Below are positions 9,693-19,300 of a stretch of DNA of 64,000 nt, piece by piece. The DNA is from a candidate division WOR-3 bacterium (lineage in GTDB: Bacteria; Hydrothermota; Tepidihabitantia; Tepidihabitantales; Tepidihabitantaceae). The stretch is from contig CBFGJV010000005.1 in the NCBI GenBank assembly GCA_965649205.1, forward strand, positions 41,918 through 105,917. Reading direction: 5' to 3'. Under the pieces are notes generated by a model. The model was not told the DNA's origin, made no database searches, and saw only the letters and a program-made list of their open reading frames with translations. Numbering within the stretch: the first letter of the stretch is position 1; each line of letters starts with the position of its first letter. A program made the translations under genes and the position numbers.

Positions 9693-11126
9693 TTACCCCA
9701 GTTTCAGGCGGCAGCGAATATAGGGACCGCCGCTGGCATTACGCACCCATTCCTTGTGACCTTTGCCGCAGGTACCGGCTGAGGTGGTATCTAACTCGGT
9801 ACCTACTGCGTCTACGCTGCCCAGTACGTCTGGCACGTATCCTGTGACGCCTATCTGATAGTAGCGCCGGCCGGTGAGCTTGCCCGACTTTATTTCATGG
9901 CCGTGTAGGACCTGGAGCTGAACGCCCCAGCCAAGCGGGTCTTCCATACCAGAGGTCATACGTTCCAGAAGTACGCCGTTCTCGGTGGCGGCAATCATTT
10001 CGTCCCTGGTCAGGCCGCCTGCTTCCCGGGGACGAGGCAGGAAATAGGTACAGGTCATCCGGGCATAGATGGGGTGACTCCAGCTTTCCAACCGACCAGA
10101 TGCAGACTGTTTCAGTCCCGGCAGCCGGTCTTTCATCATCAGGTAAGAATAGCGGTCACACATCATAGTAGGTTGCAGGATGCCGTCCCTGACTAGAACG
10201 ACAGGTTCTTCGGCTAAGACTCCGTCGTCGGAGAAAAAGACAGAGCCATTGGTGCCAGGTCGGCCCGGTTCATCTACTATGTTCACCAGTTCCGAACCGA
10301 CGCGCTTGCCGATGAAGAGCAGGGCCCGGGCGGCACCGCGCATCATCGTGTCCAGCTCGCAACCGTGGCCAAACGACTCGTGGGCCAGCGTGCCGGCCAC
10401 ATCTGGTGCCAGAATGCAGTGGTATTCGCCCGGTTCGAGAGGTACCGCCTGCAGGCAGGCAACAGTTTCGTCAGCCACCTGGTGGGCCCAGGTGGCATCG
10501 GTTGTTGCCAGTGTTTCCCAGCCGGTACCATACAGGTGGCCATAGTTCTGTACCTGTTTTGTTCCGTCTGTAGCTATGGCTACAGCAAAGAGAATGGTGC
10601 GGGTAATCTCGCTGGAGAGAAGTTTGGTTCCGTCGGCAAAAAGTCGGTATTCCCTGTCTGTCTGCAGTGCTACCTGAGACATGGCGATACGTTTGTCTCT
10701 GGTGGCTAGCGCCTGAAACAGTCTGCCGCACAGTTCCTGACGTTCGGGAGTTGAAATCAGCAGCGGGTCTTTTTCGTATAGCGTGCGGAAGTGGCGGTCC
10801 ATTTGCATACCGGGGTCCGGAACCGGGCCTGGTTTTAGAGACAAGGAATTGGCCAGACCCTGAGCCAGTCTGATCAGATAAGTACGGTCCTGCAGACGGT
10901 TGGTGGCGACAGAATGAAAGGTGGCTCCGTCCCAGGCAGTTATTCTGATGCCCGGGTCTGGAGGTGTAGGCACTACCTTTTCTTCACTTCTGGACTTGGC
11001 TACAGACATCCCTCCCCGGCGCGTGACAAGCGCATAAGCATAAGGCGCCTTCTTTTTCAGTTCTGCTACCAGTTCGGGAAGAAATCCGCGCAGATTTTCT
11101 AGTTCTGGAGGCAGGTCACAGTTCAT
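9693..11126 (-). CDS. tldD: TldD family metallopeptidase
   Basis: HESFGHGCELD zinc motif, ARMT.T and C-terminal GTCGKG...GGP. Confidence 0.9.
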   Translation of the reverse strand: MNCDLPPELENLRGFLPELVAELKKKAPYAYALVTRRGGMSVAKSRSEEKVVPTPPDPGIRITAWDGATFHSVATNRLQDRTYLIRLAQGLANSLSLKPGPVPDPGMQMDRHFRTLYEKDPLLISTPERQELCGRLFQALATRDKRIAMSQVALQTDREYRLFADGTKLLSSEITRTILFAVAIATDGTKQVQNYGHLYGTGWETLATTDATWAHQVADETVACLQAVPLEPGEYHCILAPDVAGTLAHESFGHGCELDTMMRGAARALLFIGKRVGSELVNIVDEPGRPGTNGSVFFSDDGVLAEEPVVLVRDGILQPTMMCDRYSYLMMKDRLPGLKQSASGRLESWSHPIYARMTCTYFLPRPREAGGLTRDEMIAATENGVLLERMTSGMEDPLGWGVQLQVLHGHEIKSGKLTGRRYYQIGVTGYVPDVLGSVDAVGTELDTTSAGTCGKGHKEWVRNASGGPYIRCRLKLG

Positions 11127-11156
11127 GTGTTTCCTTTCCTGAAGAAGTTGGGAGTG

Positions 11157-12266
11157 TCAGACAAGAAGACACCCTTTTTTCTCATACTCCTGAAACAGTT
11201 TGCCCCAAGGGGTTTCCTTACGCCAGCGTTCGTACACTTTTTTGTAGCGCAGGGGCCACTGGATGACGTCATGATTTACCGCCGACACGAGAATGGGGAA
11301 GAATACCAGAGGCGGCCGCAGAATCAGTTTCTGGAGGAATTTGGTCGGGCCGTACCAGGAAAGCCAGCCGAGAAAGCGATGGAAGTTGTATCCCACATCA
11401 AATCCCCAGTTTTCACCCGATACGTCGTCGCCTACGAGTTCAATCTCCTTTGGATCGCCCACGCCCAGGCCGCGTTCGTGCGCCAGACGGATGTAAGGTA
11501 TAGACATAGGGTCAAAGCCCATGAGCTTGGCGGCAATAGCGTCGATAGCCGTCTGGTCACCAGAGGCGAGGATGATATTCTTTACCACTGGCGTCATCGT
11601 GCGCGGGCCCGGGCCGTTGCCGGCAGTGGTCCCGTCCATCACGGCAAAGAGGCCAGTGTGTATCTCCTTCTGGATGGCGAGCAGGTCCACCAGGGTTTCA
11701 TGAATCCAAGTGTGCGTGTAATGACGGTTTGTGGACAAGAGTCCGCCGAAGGCATTTTTCATGGCGCCAGTGGTGGTGGTGTAGATGTGGCATTTCACGG
11801 TAGGCAGATGCACTATGTTCTTACCGAAAAAATAGTCAGGCAGGCGCAGGCCTTTGGGGTAAACTTTATGCAGCGCAAGCAGTTCTGTTTTTGGTTCGTA
11901 CGGAACCCACTTTATGTCTTCTTCCTTGAAGTTATAAAGAACCCGCAGGTTGCATTTGCGGAATATGGCAACGTAGCGGTTCAGGTCCTCGCCCTTGTGG
12001 GTATCAATGACTACGGTCTTGTTCTGGACCACCGTCAAGTCTGTATATCCCAAGTCACGCAAGCCCAGTACGGTGCCTTCCAGCTGCCAGGGTGTAGTGT
12101 TAGCAGAAGGCATGGGGAAATGCCAGGATATATTGTCCTTGAGGATAGTGGTTTTACCAGGGGCCAGAAATTGGTCGGCTCCAGCCAGACGGATAAGTCG
12201 GCGGTAGTCGTCCAGGACCGTTTCCGGCCTGGTTCGGAGAACAGCAACACGCGCGCGGCTACTCAC
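11157..12266 (-). CDS. DUF362 domain Fe-S/oxidoreductase-like protein
   Basis: LPTVKCH..T.TTGAMKN.FG, DG...G.GP and AIDA.AAKLMG.DP motifs. Confidence 0.85.
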   Translation of the reverse strand: MSSRARVAVLRTRPETVLDDYRRLIRLAGADQFLAPGKTTILKDNISWHFPMPSANTTPWQLEGTVLGLRDLGYTDLTVVQNKTVVIDTHKGEDLNRYVAIFRKCNLRVLYNFKEEDIKWVPYEPKTELLALHKVYPKGLRLPDYFFGKNIVHLPTVKCHIYTTTTGAMKNAFGGLLSTNRHYTHTWIHETLVDLLAIQKEIHTGLFAVMDGTTAGNGPGPRTMTPVVKNIILASGDQTAIDAIAAKLMGFDPMSIPYIRLAHERGLGVGDPKEIELVGDDVSGENWGFDVGYNFHRFLGWLSWYGPTKFLQKLILRPPLVFFPILVSAVNHDVIQWPLRYKKVYERWRKETPWGKLFQEYEKKGCLLV

Positions 12267-12385
12267 AACTAGTAATTATAGCACAGACAAGAATAACTGC
12301 AATTGTCCATAATGCACCTACAGACAGAGCCTGCAATCTGCGGTTCCGGGTTTGACAGAAGGGCAGATGTGTATAATGTTCGCTT

Positions 12386-12769
12386 ATGAGTAGAGCCAGA
12401 TTTGCAACTGCTATTAACTGTATGGACGGCAGAACGCAGCTGCCTGTTATTGAGTGGATGTTGGCCAATTGCGGAGTAGATTATGTGGACAATGTCACGG
12501 AGCCAGGTCCGGTGAAGATACTGGCGGAGGCCGGCGACAGTTCTCCGGCAAAGGCCATAATGGGTCGAGTGGCTATTTCGGTAGAGAAGCACTGTTCGGA
12601 CAAGGTTGCGGTGGTGGCACACTACGACTGTGCGGGAAATCCGGAGCCGAAGTCAGTGCAGATGCGTCAGCTGAGTTCCGCTTTGAATACTGTGAAGAGC
12701 TGGAATTTTCCGGTTGAGGTCATCGGTCTGTGGGTGGATGAGAACTGGCAGGTACACAGAGTAATATAG
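12386..12769 (+). CDS. Minimal beta-class carbonic anhydrase-like protein
   Basis: NCMDGR and HYDCAG zinc-ligand motifs (CxDxR...HxxC). Confidence 0.75.
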   Translation: MSRARFATAINCMDGRTQLPVIEWMLANCGVDYVDNVTEPGPVKILAEAGDSSPAKAIMGRVAISVEKHCSDKVAVVAHYDCAGNPEPKSVQMRQLSSALNTVKSWNFPVEVIGLWVDENWQVHRVI

Positions 12770-12835
12770 CTTTGTCGTATCTAGCAAGGGGTTGGATAGT
12801 CGTTACCTGCCAAATAGGAGGCGGCGCAAGCTGGT

Positions 12836-12863
12836 TTGACAGGAATTGACCCCGTAATACAAT
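12836..12863 (+). promoter_or_regulatory. Sigma70-type promoter of purN, leaderless
   Basis: TTGACA-16-TACAAT, then 7 nt to ATG 12871; no SD. Confidence 0.7.
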
Positions 12864-12870
12864 TTACCTC

Positions 12871-13488
12871 ATGACGCCCACAGTAATCGGAGTGTTGGCT
12901 TCAGGACGCGGGAGTAATTTCGAGGCTCTGGCCAGAAACTTCCGGAATGGAACTACTGGCGGGCTGGTCAGAGTAGTCATTGCCAATGTGCCTGACGCTG
13001 CGGTGCTGGAGCGAGCCAAAGCTCTGGGCGTAGAGGGAAAACTCATTGACCACAAAACATTTGCTTCGCGGGCGGATTTCGAGCGGGCATTGATTGAAGA
13101 GCTGGAAAAATACAATGTGGGACTGGTGTGTTTAGCCGGTTTTATGCGTATTCTTTCTCCGGTGTTCGTGAATCACTTTGCCGGAAGGATTATGAACATA
13201 CACCCATCTTTACTTCCGGCATTTGCCGGCCTGCAGGGAATGGATGTGCATCGGGCCGTGCTGGAATCGGGCGCCCAGTTTACCGGCTGTACGGTGCATT
13301 TCGTAAATGAGCATGTTGACGCCGGACCTATCATACTGCAGAGAGTTGTACCGGTGTTAGACGATGATACGGTGGAAACTCTGGCTGCGCGGGTTCTGGC
13401 AGAAGAACATCAGGCCTATCCGGAAGCGGTGAAGTTGTTCTGCCAGAACAGGCTGCAGATTCAAGGTCGCCGGGTGAAAATCATCTAG
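12871..13488 (+). CDS. purN: Phosphoribosylglycinamide formyltransferase
   Basis: SGRGSN, LAGFMRIL, NIHPSLLP, GCTVHFV and DAGPII motifs. Confidence 0.97.
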   Translation: MTPTVIGVLASGRGSNFEALARNFRNGTTGGLVRVVIANVPDAAVLERAKALGVEGKLIDHKTFASRADFERALIEELEKYNVGLVCLAGFMRILSPVFVNHFAGRIMNIHPSLLPAFAGLQGMDVHRAVLESGAQFTGCTVHFVNEHVDAGPIILQRVVPVLDDDTVETLAARVLAEEHQAYPEAVKLFCQNRLQIQGRRVKII

Positions 13489-13496
13489 GTGCGCAG

Positions 13497-14531
13497 ATGC
13501 CGATACGGGTAGCGATTGTGGGTTGCGGTACGCAGGCGCAGGTGGCGCACATACCGGCTCTGAAACAGAACCGGAATGTGGAAATAGTGGCCCTTTGTGA
13601 TACGGATGTGCGCAAGCTCAACCACCTCTGTTCCCTGTACAATGTTCCCCGCCACTATGTGGATTTCGACGATTTGAAGAACGACGAAGATATTGATGCG
13701 GTGGTGATTGCCACGCCCAATTACCTGCATGCCCCTATGGCCATAGCGGCTATGCGATACGGCAAGGACGTGCTGTGCGAAACGCCGCTGGGTCTGAATG
13801 CGGCAGAGGCGCGGGCTATGATTCAGACAGCGGAAGAAGAGGGTCGCTATCTAATGCCCTGTCTTAACACCAGACTCCGGCCTGACGTGCAGACTATCCG
13901 CAAGTTTATCAATGGCGGAGAATTAGGCCAGCTGTATTATTGCAAGACCGGCTGGCTGCAGGGTCGCAGTTCCTGGTCCATGGGGGGCTGGCGTGAGCAA
14001 CGGCTCCGGTCAGGAGGGGGAGCTTTCCTTTCTTTGGGTACTGCGCTGTTGGATTTTGGCCTCTGGCTACTTGCCCCTGCGCGGCCGTTGTCTGTTGTCG
14101 GCGTGTCGCATCGCCGTATGCCCCACATGGAAGTTGAGGATACCGCGTTTGCCATGATTCGGCTTGCCAATGACATACTTCTGACCCTGGAGGTGGGCTG
14201 GAGCATGTTGATGGATAGAGATTTCACCTATTTCAACGCCTTTGGTACCAGCGGCGCAGCGTTGCTGAATCCTATTCAGATTCATAAAGAGATGCACGGA
14301 CATCTGGTCAACGTGACACCAACCGTGTCCACCAAGGGCATACAACGTGCCTCATATCGCATGTTGATTGATATTTGGGTAGATTCATTGGTGCGGCGGG
14401 TGCCACCGGCCATACCGGCCACCGAGGGTCTGCTCATAAATCAGATTGCCGATGCGTTCTACGAATCCTGCGCAACCCGGGTTGAGGTAAAGCTGCCCGT
14501 GGAACAGCAGGAAAGACAGCAAAACCAGTGA
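13497..14531 (+). CDS. Gfo/Idh/MocA family oxidoreductase
   Basis: VGCG Rossmann motif; ATPN..H; VLCETP (variant of EKP); SGGG. Confidence 0.9.
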   Translation: MPIRVAIVGCGTQAQVAHIPALKQNRNVEIVALCDTDVRKLNHLCSLYNVPRHYVDFDDLKNDEDIDAVVIATPNYLHAPMAIAAMRYGKDVLCETPLGLNAAEARAMIQTAEEEGRYLMPCLNTRLRPDVQTIRKFINGGELGQLYYCKTGWLQGRSSWSMGGWREQRLRSGGGAFLSLGTALLDFGLWLLAPARPLSVVGVSHRRMPHMEVEDTAFAMIRLANDILLTLEVGWSMLMDRDFTYFNAFGTSGAALLNPIQIHKEMHGHLVNVTPTVSTKGIQRASYRMLIDIWVDSLVRRVPPAIPATEGLLINQIADAFYESCATRVEVKLPVEQQERQQNQ

Positions 14532-14544
14532 ACGCCGGCTCTGG

Positions 14545-16212
14545 TTGCTACTTGCTGCTGCTTTAGTGACTGCCCGGACTGGCACATTTCTGAGTCTTAC
14601 GCTGGGCGCCCTGGCGCTTAGCCTTGCTTTTGCCCCCTTTCCTTTTCGTTTTCTTGCGTTTTTTGCCCTGATACCGCTGCTGCGGACGATAGACCTTGCG
14701 TGGTCGCATTCAAGTGGAAAACAGCGCGTTTTTCTCTGGTCATGGTTCTTCGGTACGCTGGCTGCCGGCTTTCACTTTTGGTGGCTTTGGTTTCTGGTTG
14801 TGCCAGTGGAGCCGGTAACGCGTTTCTTGCTCAATATCGGAGTAGTGGTGCTTCTTATTTACTTGGGCCTGTATTGGGCGGTATTCGGAATTATCGTGCG
14901 CCGTCTGGGCTTGTGGACCGCGCCGTTAGTCTGGCCGCTGCTGGAGTACCTCAAGAGTCTGGGACAGATTGCGTTTCCCTGGGATTTGCTCGGTTACGCT
15001 ATGACTCCCTGGCTTCCTTTTATTCAGCCGGCTGCTTTTGGGGGAGTGTATCTGGTTTCGGCCTGGGTAGTACTGGTGAATCTGCTCTGCTATCGTATTG
15101 TGTTTCCTCAGCGCAGATTAGAGATGTGCGGCTCGGGCGAGGGAAGGCAAGCCGGGGGAATAAGACAGCAACTTTTGCGTCCGCGTATAGCTTATGGGGT
15201 CGGATTGGCACTCACACTGCTGGGTCCTTTGGTTCTTTTTCTTATCAGAGTCAAGCCGCATGTTTGTGGGTTGCGCGTGGCCATAGTGCAACCAGACGTG
15301 TCGCCTCTGGACAAGGGAGACATTGCTTCCCGCGAACAGATATACGCCGACCTTCTGCGGCTGGTGCGGCAGGCGGCGAAGGACAAACCTGACTTGATTG
15401 TCTGTCCGGAAACGGCCACGTTGTTCGATGTGACTGATCAGAAGAACTACATCAGTCAGAGCTTGAAGAGGCTGGTAGATTCGCTAGGCATACCGGTGTT
15501 TACTGGTACGCCGCTCCATGACCGACAGCGCGGCACCTGGCATAATGGGGCTGTTTTACTTCTGGCGGGAGAAGATTCTGTGGCGCAACGGTATTATAAA
15601 ATGCGGCTGGTTCCGTTTTCGGAAAAAATCCCTTATGCGGATGAATTTCCGCTACTACGAAGAGTGTTGGCCACTGGTGATATGGGTAACTGGGACAGGG
15701 GCAGGGATTACACCATTTTTCACCTTCAGTCCGGCGCAGCTACGAGGGCTGATACGGCAGCGGCAGTGCAAGTTCAGAAAGGGCCTTCTATCAGCAGATT
15801 CTCCGGTCTTATCTGCTTTGAGGCAATTTTCGGCGATTTGGCTCGTCAGTTTGTACGGAGAGGCGCAGAGATGCTTGTGGTTGTCACGAATGACGGCTGG
15901 TTTGGCAGGATTATCGGCGCCCAACAACATGCAGAGCTGGCCGTGATGCGTTCAGTTGAACAGGGCGTACCACTCGTTCGCAGTGCCAACAATGGCATAT
16001 CGTTTATCGTCGATCCCTACGGAAAAGTGTTGTGCCAGACCGGGCTCTTTACCCAAACGATACTTAAGGGAGCAGTGCCTTTGCCTCTTCCACCCACGTT
16101 TTATTGTCGTTTTGGGGACTGGTTTATTGTCTTCTGTCTCGCGGTTATTGTGATTCAGACCGTAGTTTGGTTTCTGCGCGGGCGGAAAGACATCAGGCAG
16201 GCGGCACGATAG
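14545..16212 (+). CDS. lnt: Apolipoprotein N-acyltransferase
   Basis: Multiple TM helices plus nitrilase triad (PET, YYKMRLVPFSE, ICFE); TNDGWFG; QH...A..R..E; RSANNGIS. Start uncertain. Confidence 0.93.
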   Translation: MLLAAALVTARTGTFLSLTLGALALSLAFAPFPFRFLAFFALIPLLRTIDLAWSHSSGKQRVFLWSWFFGTLAAGFHFWWLWFLVVPVEPVTRFLLNIGVVVLLIYLGLYWAVFGIIVRRLGLWTAPLVWPLLEYLKSLGQIAFPWDLLGYAMTPWLPFIQPAAFGGVYLVSAWVVLVNLLCYRIVFPQRRLEMCGSGEGRQAGGIRQQLLRPRIAYGVGLALTLLGPLVLFLIRVKPHVCGLRVAIVQPDVSPLDKGDIASREQIYADLLRLVRQAAKDKPDLIVCPETATLFDVTDQKNYISQSLKRLVDSLGIPVFTGTPLHDRQRGTWHNGAVLLLAGEDSVAQRYYKMRLVPFSEKIPYADEFPLLRRVLATGDMGNWDRGRDYTIFHLQSGAATRADTAAAVQVQKGPSISRFSGLICFEAIFGDLARQFVRRGAEMLVVVTNDGWFGRIIGAQQHAELAVMRSVEQGVPLVRSANNGISFIVDPYGKVLCQTGLFTQTILKGAVPLPLPPTFYCRFGDWFIVFCLAVIVIQTVVWFLRGRKDIRQAAR

Positions 16213-16392
16213 CCTGCCTTGAGGTGTGAACCCTTTTCTGTTCCAGTTTCCCTGCTGAAAACATACGCACAGGCCGGTGCTGACCAAAGACTGAATTCGC
16301 AGTAGCACACCAGAAGCAGAGTCAGTTCCTGGTATACTGCATGCTTGCGTCTGACGCGTCGTTCGGTATATTTGGAGCGAGCAGGGGCAGAG

Positions 16393-19300
16393 ATGTGTAG
16401 AGCTGTCGCTTTCTCAGTCTTTTTTCTTGCCTTAGGGGGCAGGGTTCTGGCCGGCTGGCTGCCGGAAGAAAGGCTTACCTTCCGGCCTGACACGGCCGAC
16501 TACACTACACCCAATTATGCGCGCTGTGTGGCATCTGACCGGACTGGCAACGTGCATGTGGTCTGGTATGGCAGGTGGCAACAGAAGCCTCAGGTCTGGT
16601 ACAAACGCCTGGATGCTCTGTCCGGCCGATGGTCGGAGAATATGGTGATTTCCCATGAACCGCAGGGAGCAATCAATCCCTGCCTGGCTGTGGACGACTC
16701 CGGCAATGTGCATGTGGCGTGGCAGGTGGCAACAGCCCAGGCAGACACCGTATTGCGCTACCGTTGTCGGCACGTTGCCGGCGGCGTCTGGGACTCGATT
16801 GAAACAGTAGTCAGAGGCACACGTATGCAAACGCCTTCCCTTGCGGCCCGGCAGGATGTGGTTGCGCTGGTCTGGAGCCAGCAGTGGTTACCGCAGTATC
16901 AAGGGGTTTTTCTGGCTGTGCGCACTCGCGGTGGCTGGTCACAGCCGGAAATGGTGAGCGATTCTCTTTCCAGAGACCAAGGAGCTGGTGCAGTGGGCAT
17001 CGGCGCCGGCAGCGTGGGTGTGCTCTGGAGGAACGGAACAGCCGATTTGATTATGTTTCGACAGCGGGAGACGACTGGCTGGGCCGGACCGGAGACTGTT
17101 TTTCGGGGTGCCAGTGCGGCGCCCTGTCTCTGGATAGAACCGAAAGGAACGGCGCATAGCATCTGGACAGCCAGTATTTCAGGCAGGGACAGATATGTCT
17201 ATCGTCAGAAACAGGAAGGCATTTGGCGTGATGCTGTGATGTTGCCCGAGACTTATCCCATGCAGGGGCCGGTGTCCTTGGGAGTGGAACAGAGTGGCCA
17301 AATTCATCTGGTCTGGGTGGCGAAAGATACAGTGTATTATGCCACGGCGGAAAGCAGCGGCCGCAGGTGGTCAGTGCCGCTGGCCATCGGATTCGGGCCA
17401 TACGGACGCGGGAACCCCAGTCTGCATGTGCAACAGGAGGGTGAGTTACAAGTTGTGTGGACAGACAACCGCCATAATCCCTATCCCTATTCTGATATCT
17501 ACTGTCGCAGGTATGGGTGGTTGCGGGACATATCTGTACAACGTGTCGTCAGTCCTGTGGGCATTATTGACAGCGGCATGGCGGTAGCTCCTGCAGCCTG
17601 GGTAGCTAACTGGGGAGATTCTACGGAGACGCAGGTAAGGGTAGATTTCCGCCTCGGTGATTCTGGGCAGCTGAGGATGGTGACAAGCATTCTTCCGGGC
17701 GACTCTGCGCTTGTACATTTTGATACCTGCAAGTTGTTGTCCTTGAGCTGGATTGGGCTTTGTTGTTCTACCGCCCTGACAGGTGATGCAGTGCCGGCAA
17801 ACAACGTAAGCAGAGATTCCATTTTTGTGCGGCTGCGTGATGTGGCACTGGACTCTATACTCACTCCTCGTGGTTTGCTACCGCTGGATACAGTGCGACC
17901 GGCGGCTACTGTACGTAACCGCGGTAATGTGGCGGCGGAGGCGCGGGCCAGATTCAGTATTCTGGAGAATGGCGAGGTCGTATACTCCGGGCAGACCACC
18001 GTTCCCATTCAGGCTGGGGTCGTCCGGCGGCTGGAGTTTCCACCCTGGGCGGGCAAGGTGGGGGTTTTCACTGCCGTATGTTCAGTCAGTTGCGGAGGCG
18101 ACATTCATCCCGAGAACGATACCGGTTCAACTCGGTTTGAGTTGTTCTATCGTGACCTCGGGATAGAGGACATAACTTGGCCGACAGGGCAGGTTGATTC
18201 CGGCGTCTTTGGCCTGCCGGTTGTGCAGGTACGCAATTTGGGGAATACAACCGAGCGCTATTGGGCGTTCCTGACTATAGGCGCTGATTACAAAGACAGT
18301 CTTGAAGTGCAGTCTCTGCTTCCGGGGCAAACCGATACGCTTCATTTTGCGGGCTGGACGGCTCAAAAGCGGGGTCTTCTGTTTGCTGGGTGTTCGCTCT
18401 GGTGCAGCGGAGACATGAACCTGTCCAATAATGCTGCGGCGCGCACGGTGTTCGTACAGGTGCGGGATGCGGCGGTGGAAAGTATCGTCAGCCCGGCCGG
18501 ACCGATTACTGTCGACAGCGTGCGTCCTTGCGTACGCCTGCGCAACCAGGGCAATACAAAGGTCATTTCCCGGTGCGGGTTCCTCATAGAATCTGATTCC
18601 TCAGGCATTGTCTATGTTGATTCTGTGGACGCTTACCTTGCCCCTGACTCTGTAACAGAGGTAATGTTTTCTAGCTGGCAGGGAACGCCGGGTCGGTATA
18701 GAACAGCGTGCTTTTCCTCTCTGGATGGTGACATGCGTTCTGAGAATGATACCCTGCGCGGGGAGTTTTTAGTCTACCAACCAGAGGTGCGGGTGATAAG
18801 AATGTTAGTTCCGGCTGCGGTGGTTGATTCTGGCTGGTACGACCGTCCGGTCGTGGAGTTGCACAATGTTTCTCCTGTTCCGCTTGCCTGCCTCTGCAGT
18901 CTGTATATCGGTCCGTATTATGCCCAGGTGGAGACAGTGGCCGGTATGTTGCCCGGTGAGATACGGGGGTATCGCTTTTCCGAACCCTACTATGCGGTTC
19001 AGCGGGGCTGGCAACCAGTCCTGTGTTCCATATTTGGTTTTGCGGGCACGTCGCGAACGCCTGCCTGCAAGCTGGAATGCAGCCTGTTTGTCAGGGTCAG
19101 GGATGCGAGCGTGGAAGGCATCCTGGCGCCTTCGGGCAATGTGGGCAGAGGCGAAATCAGACCGCGGGTGCGAGTTCGCAATCGGGGAAATGTTACTGGC
19201 AAACCAGGCTGCTGGTTTGCTGTCAGAGATAGTGCGGCGGAACTTTATCGCGACTCGGTAAGTCTGGAGCTGGAGCCGGGGAACGATGCGGTGGCGGAGT

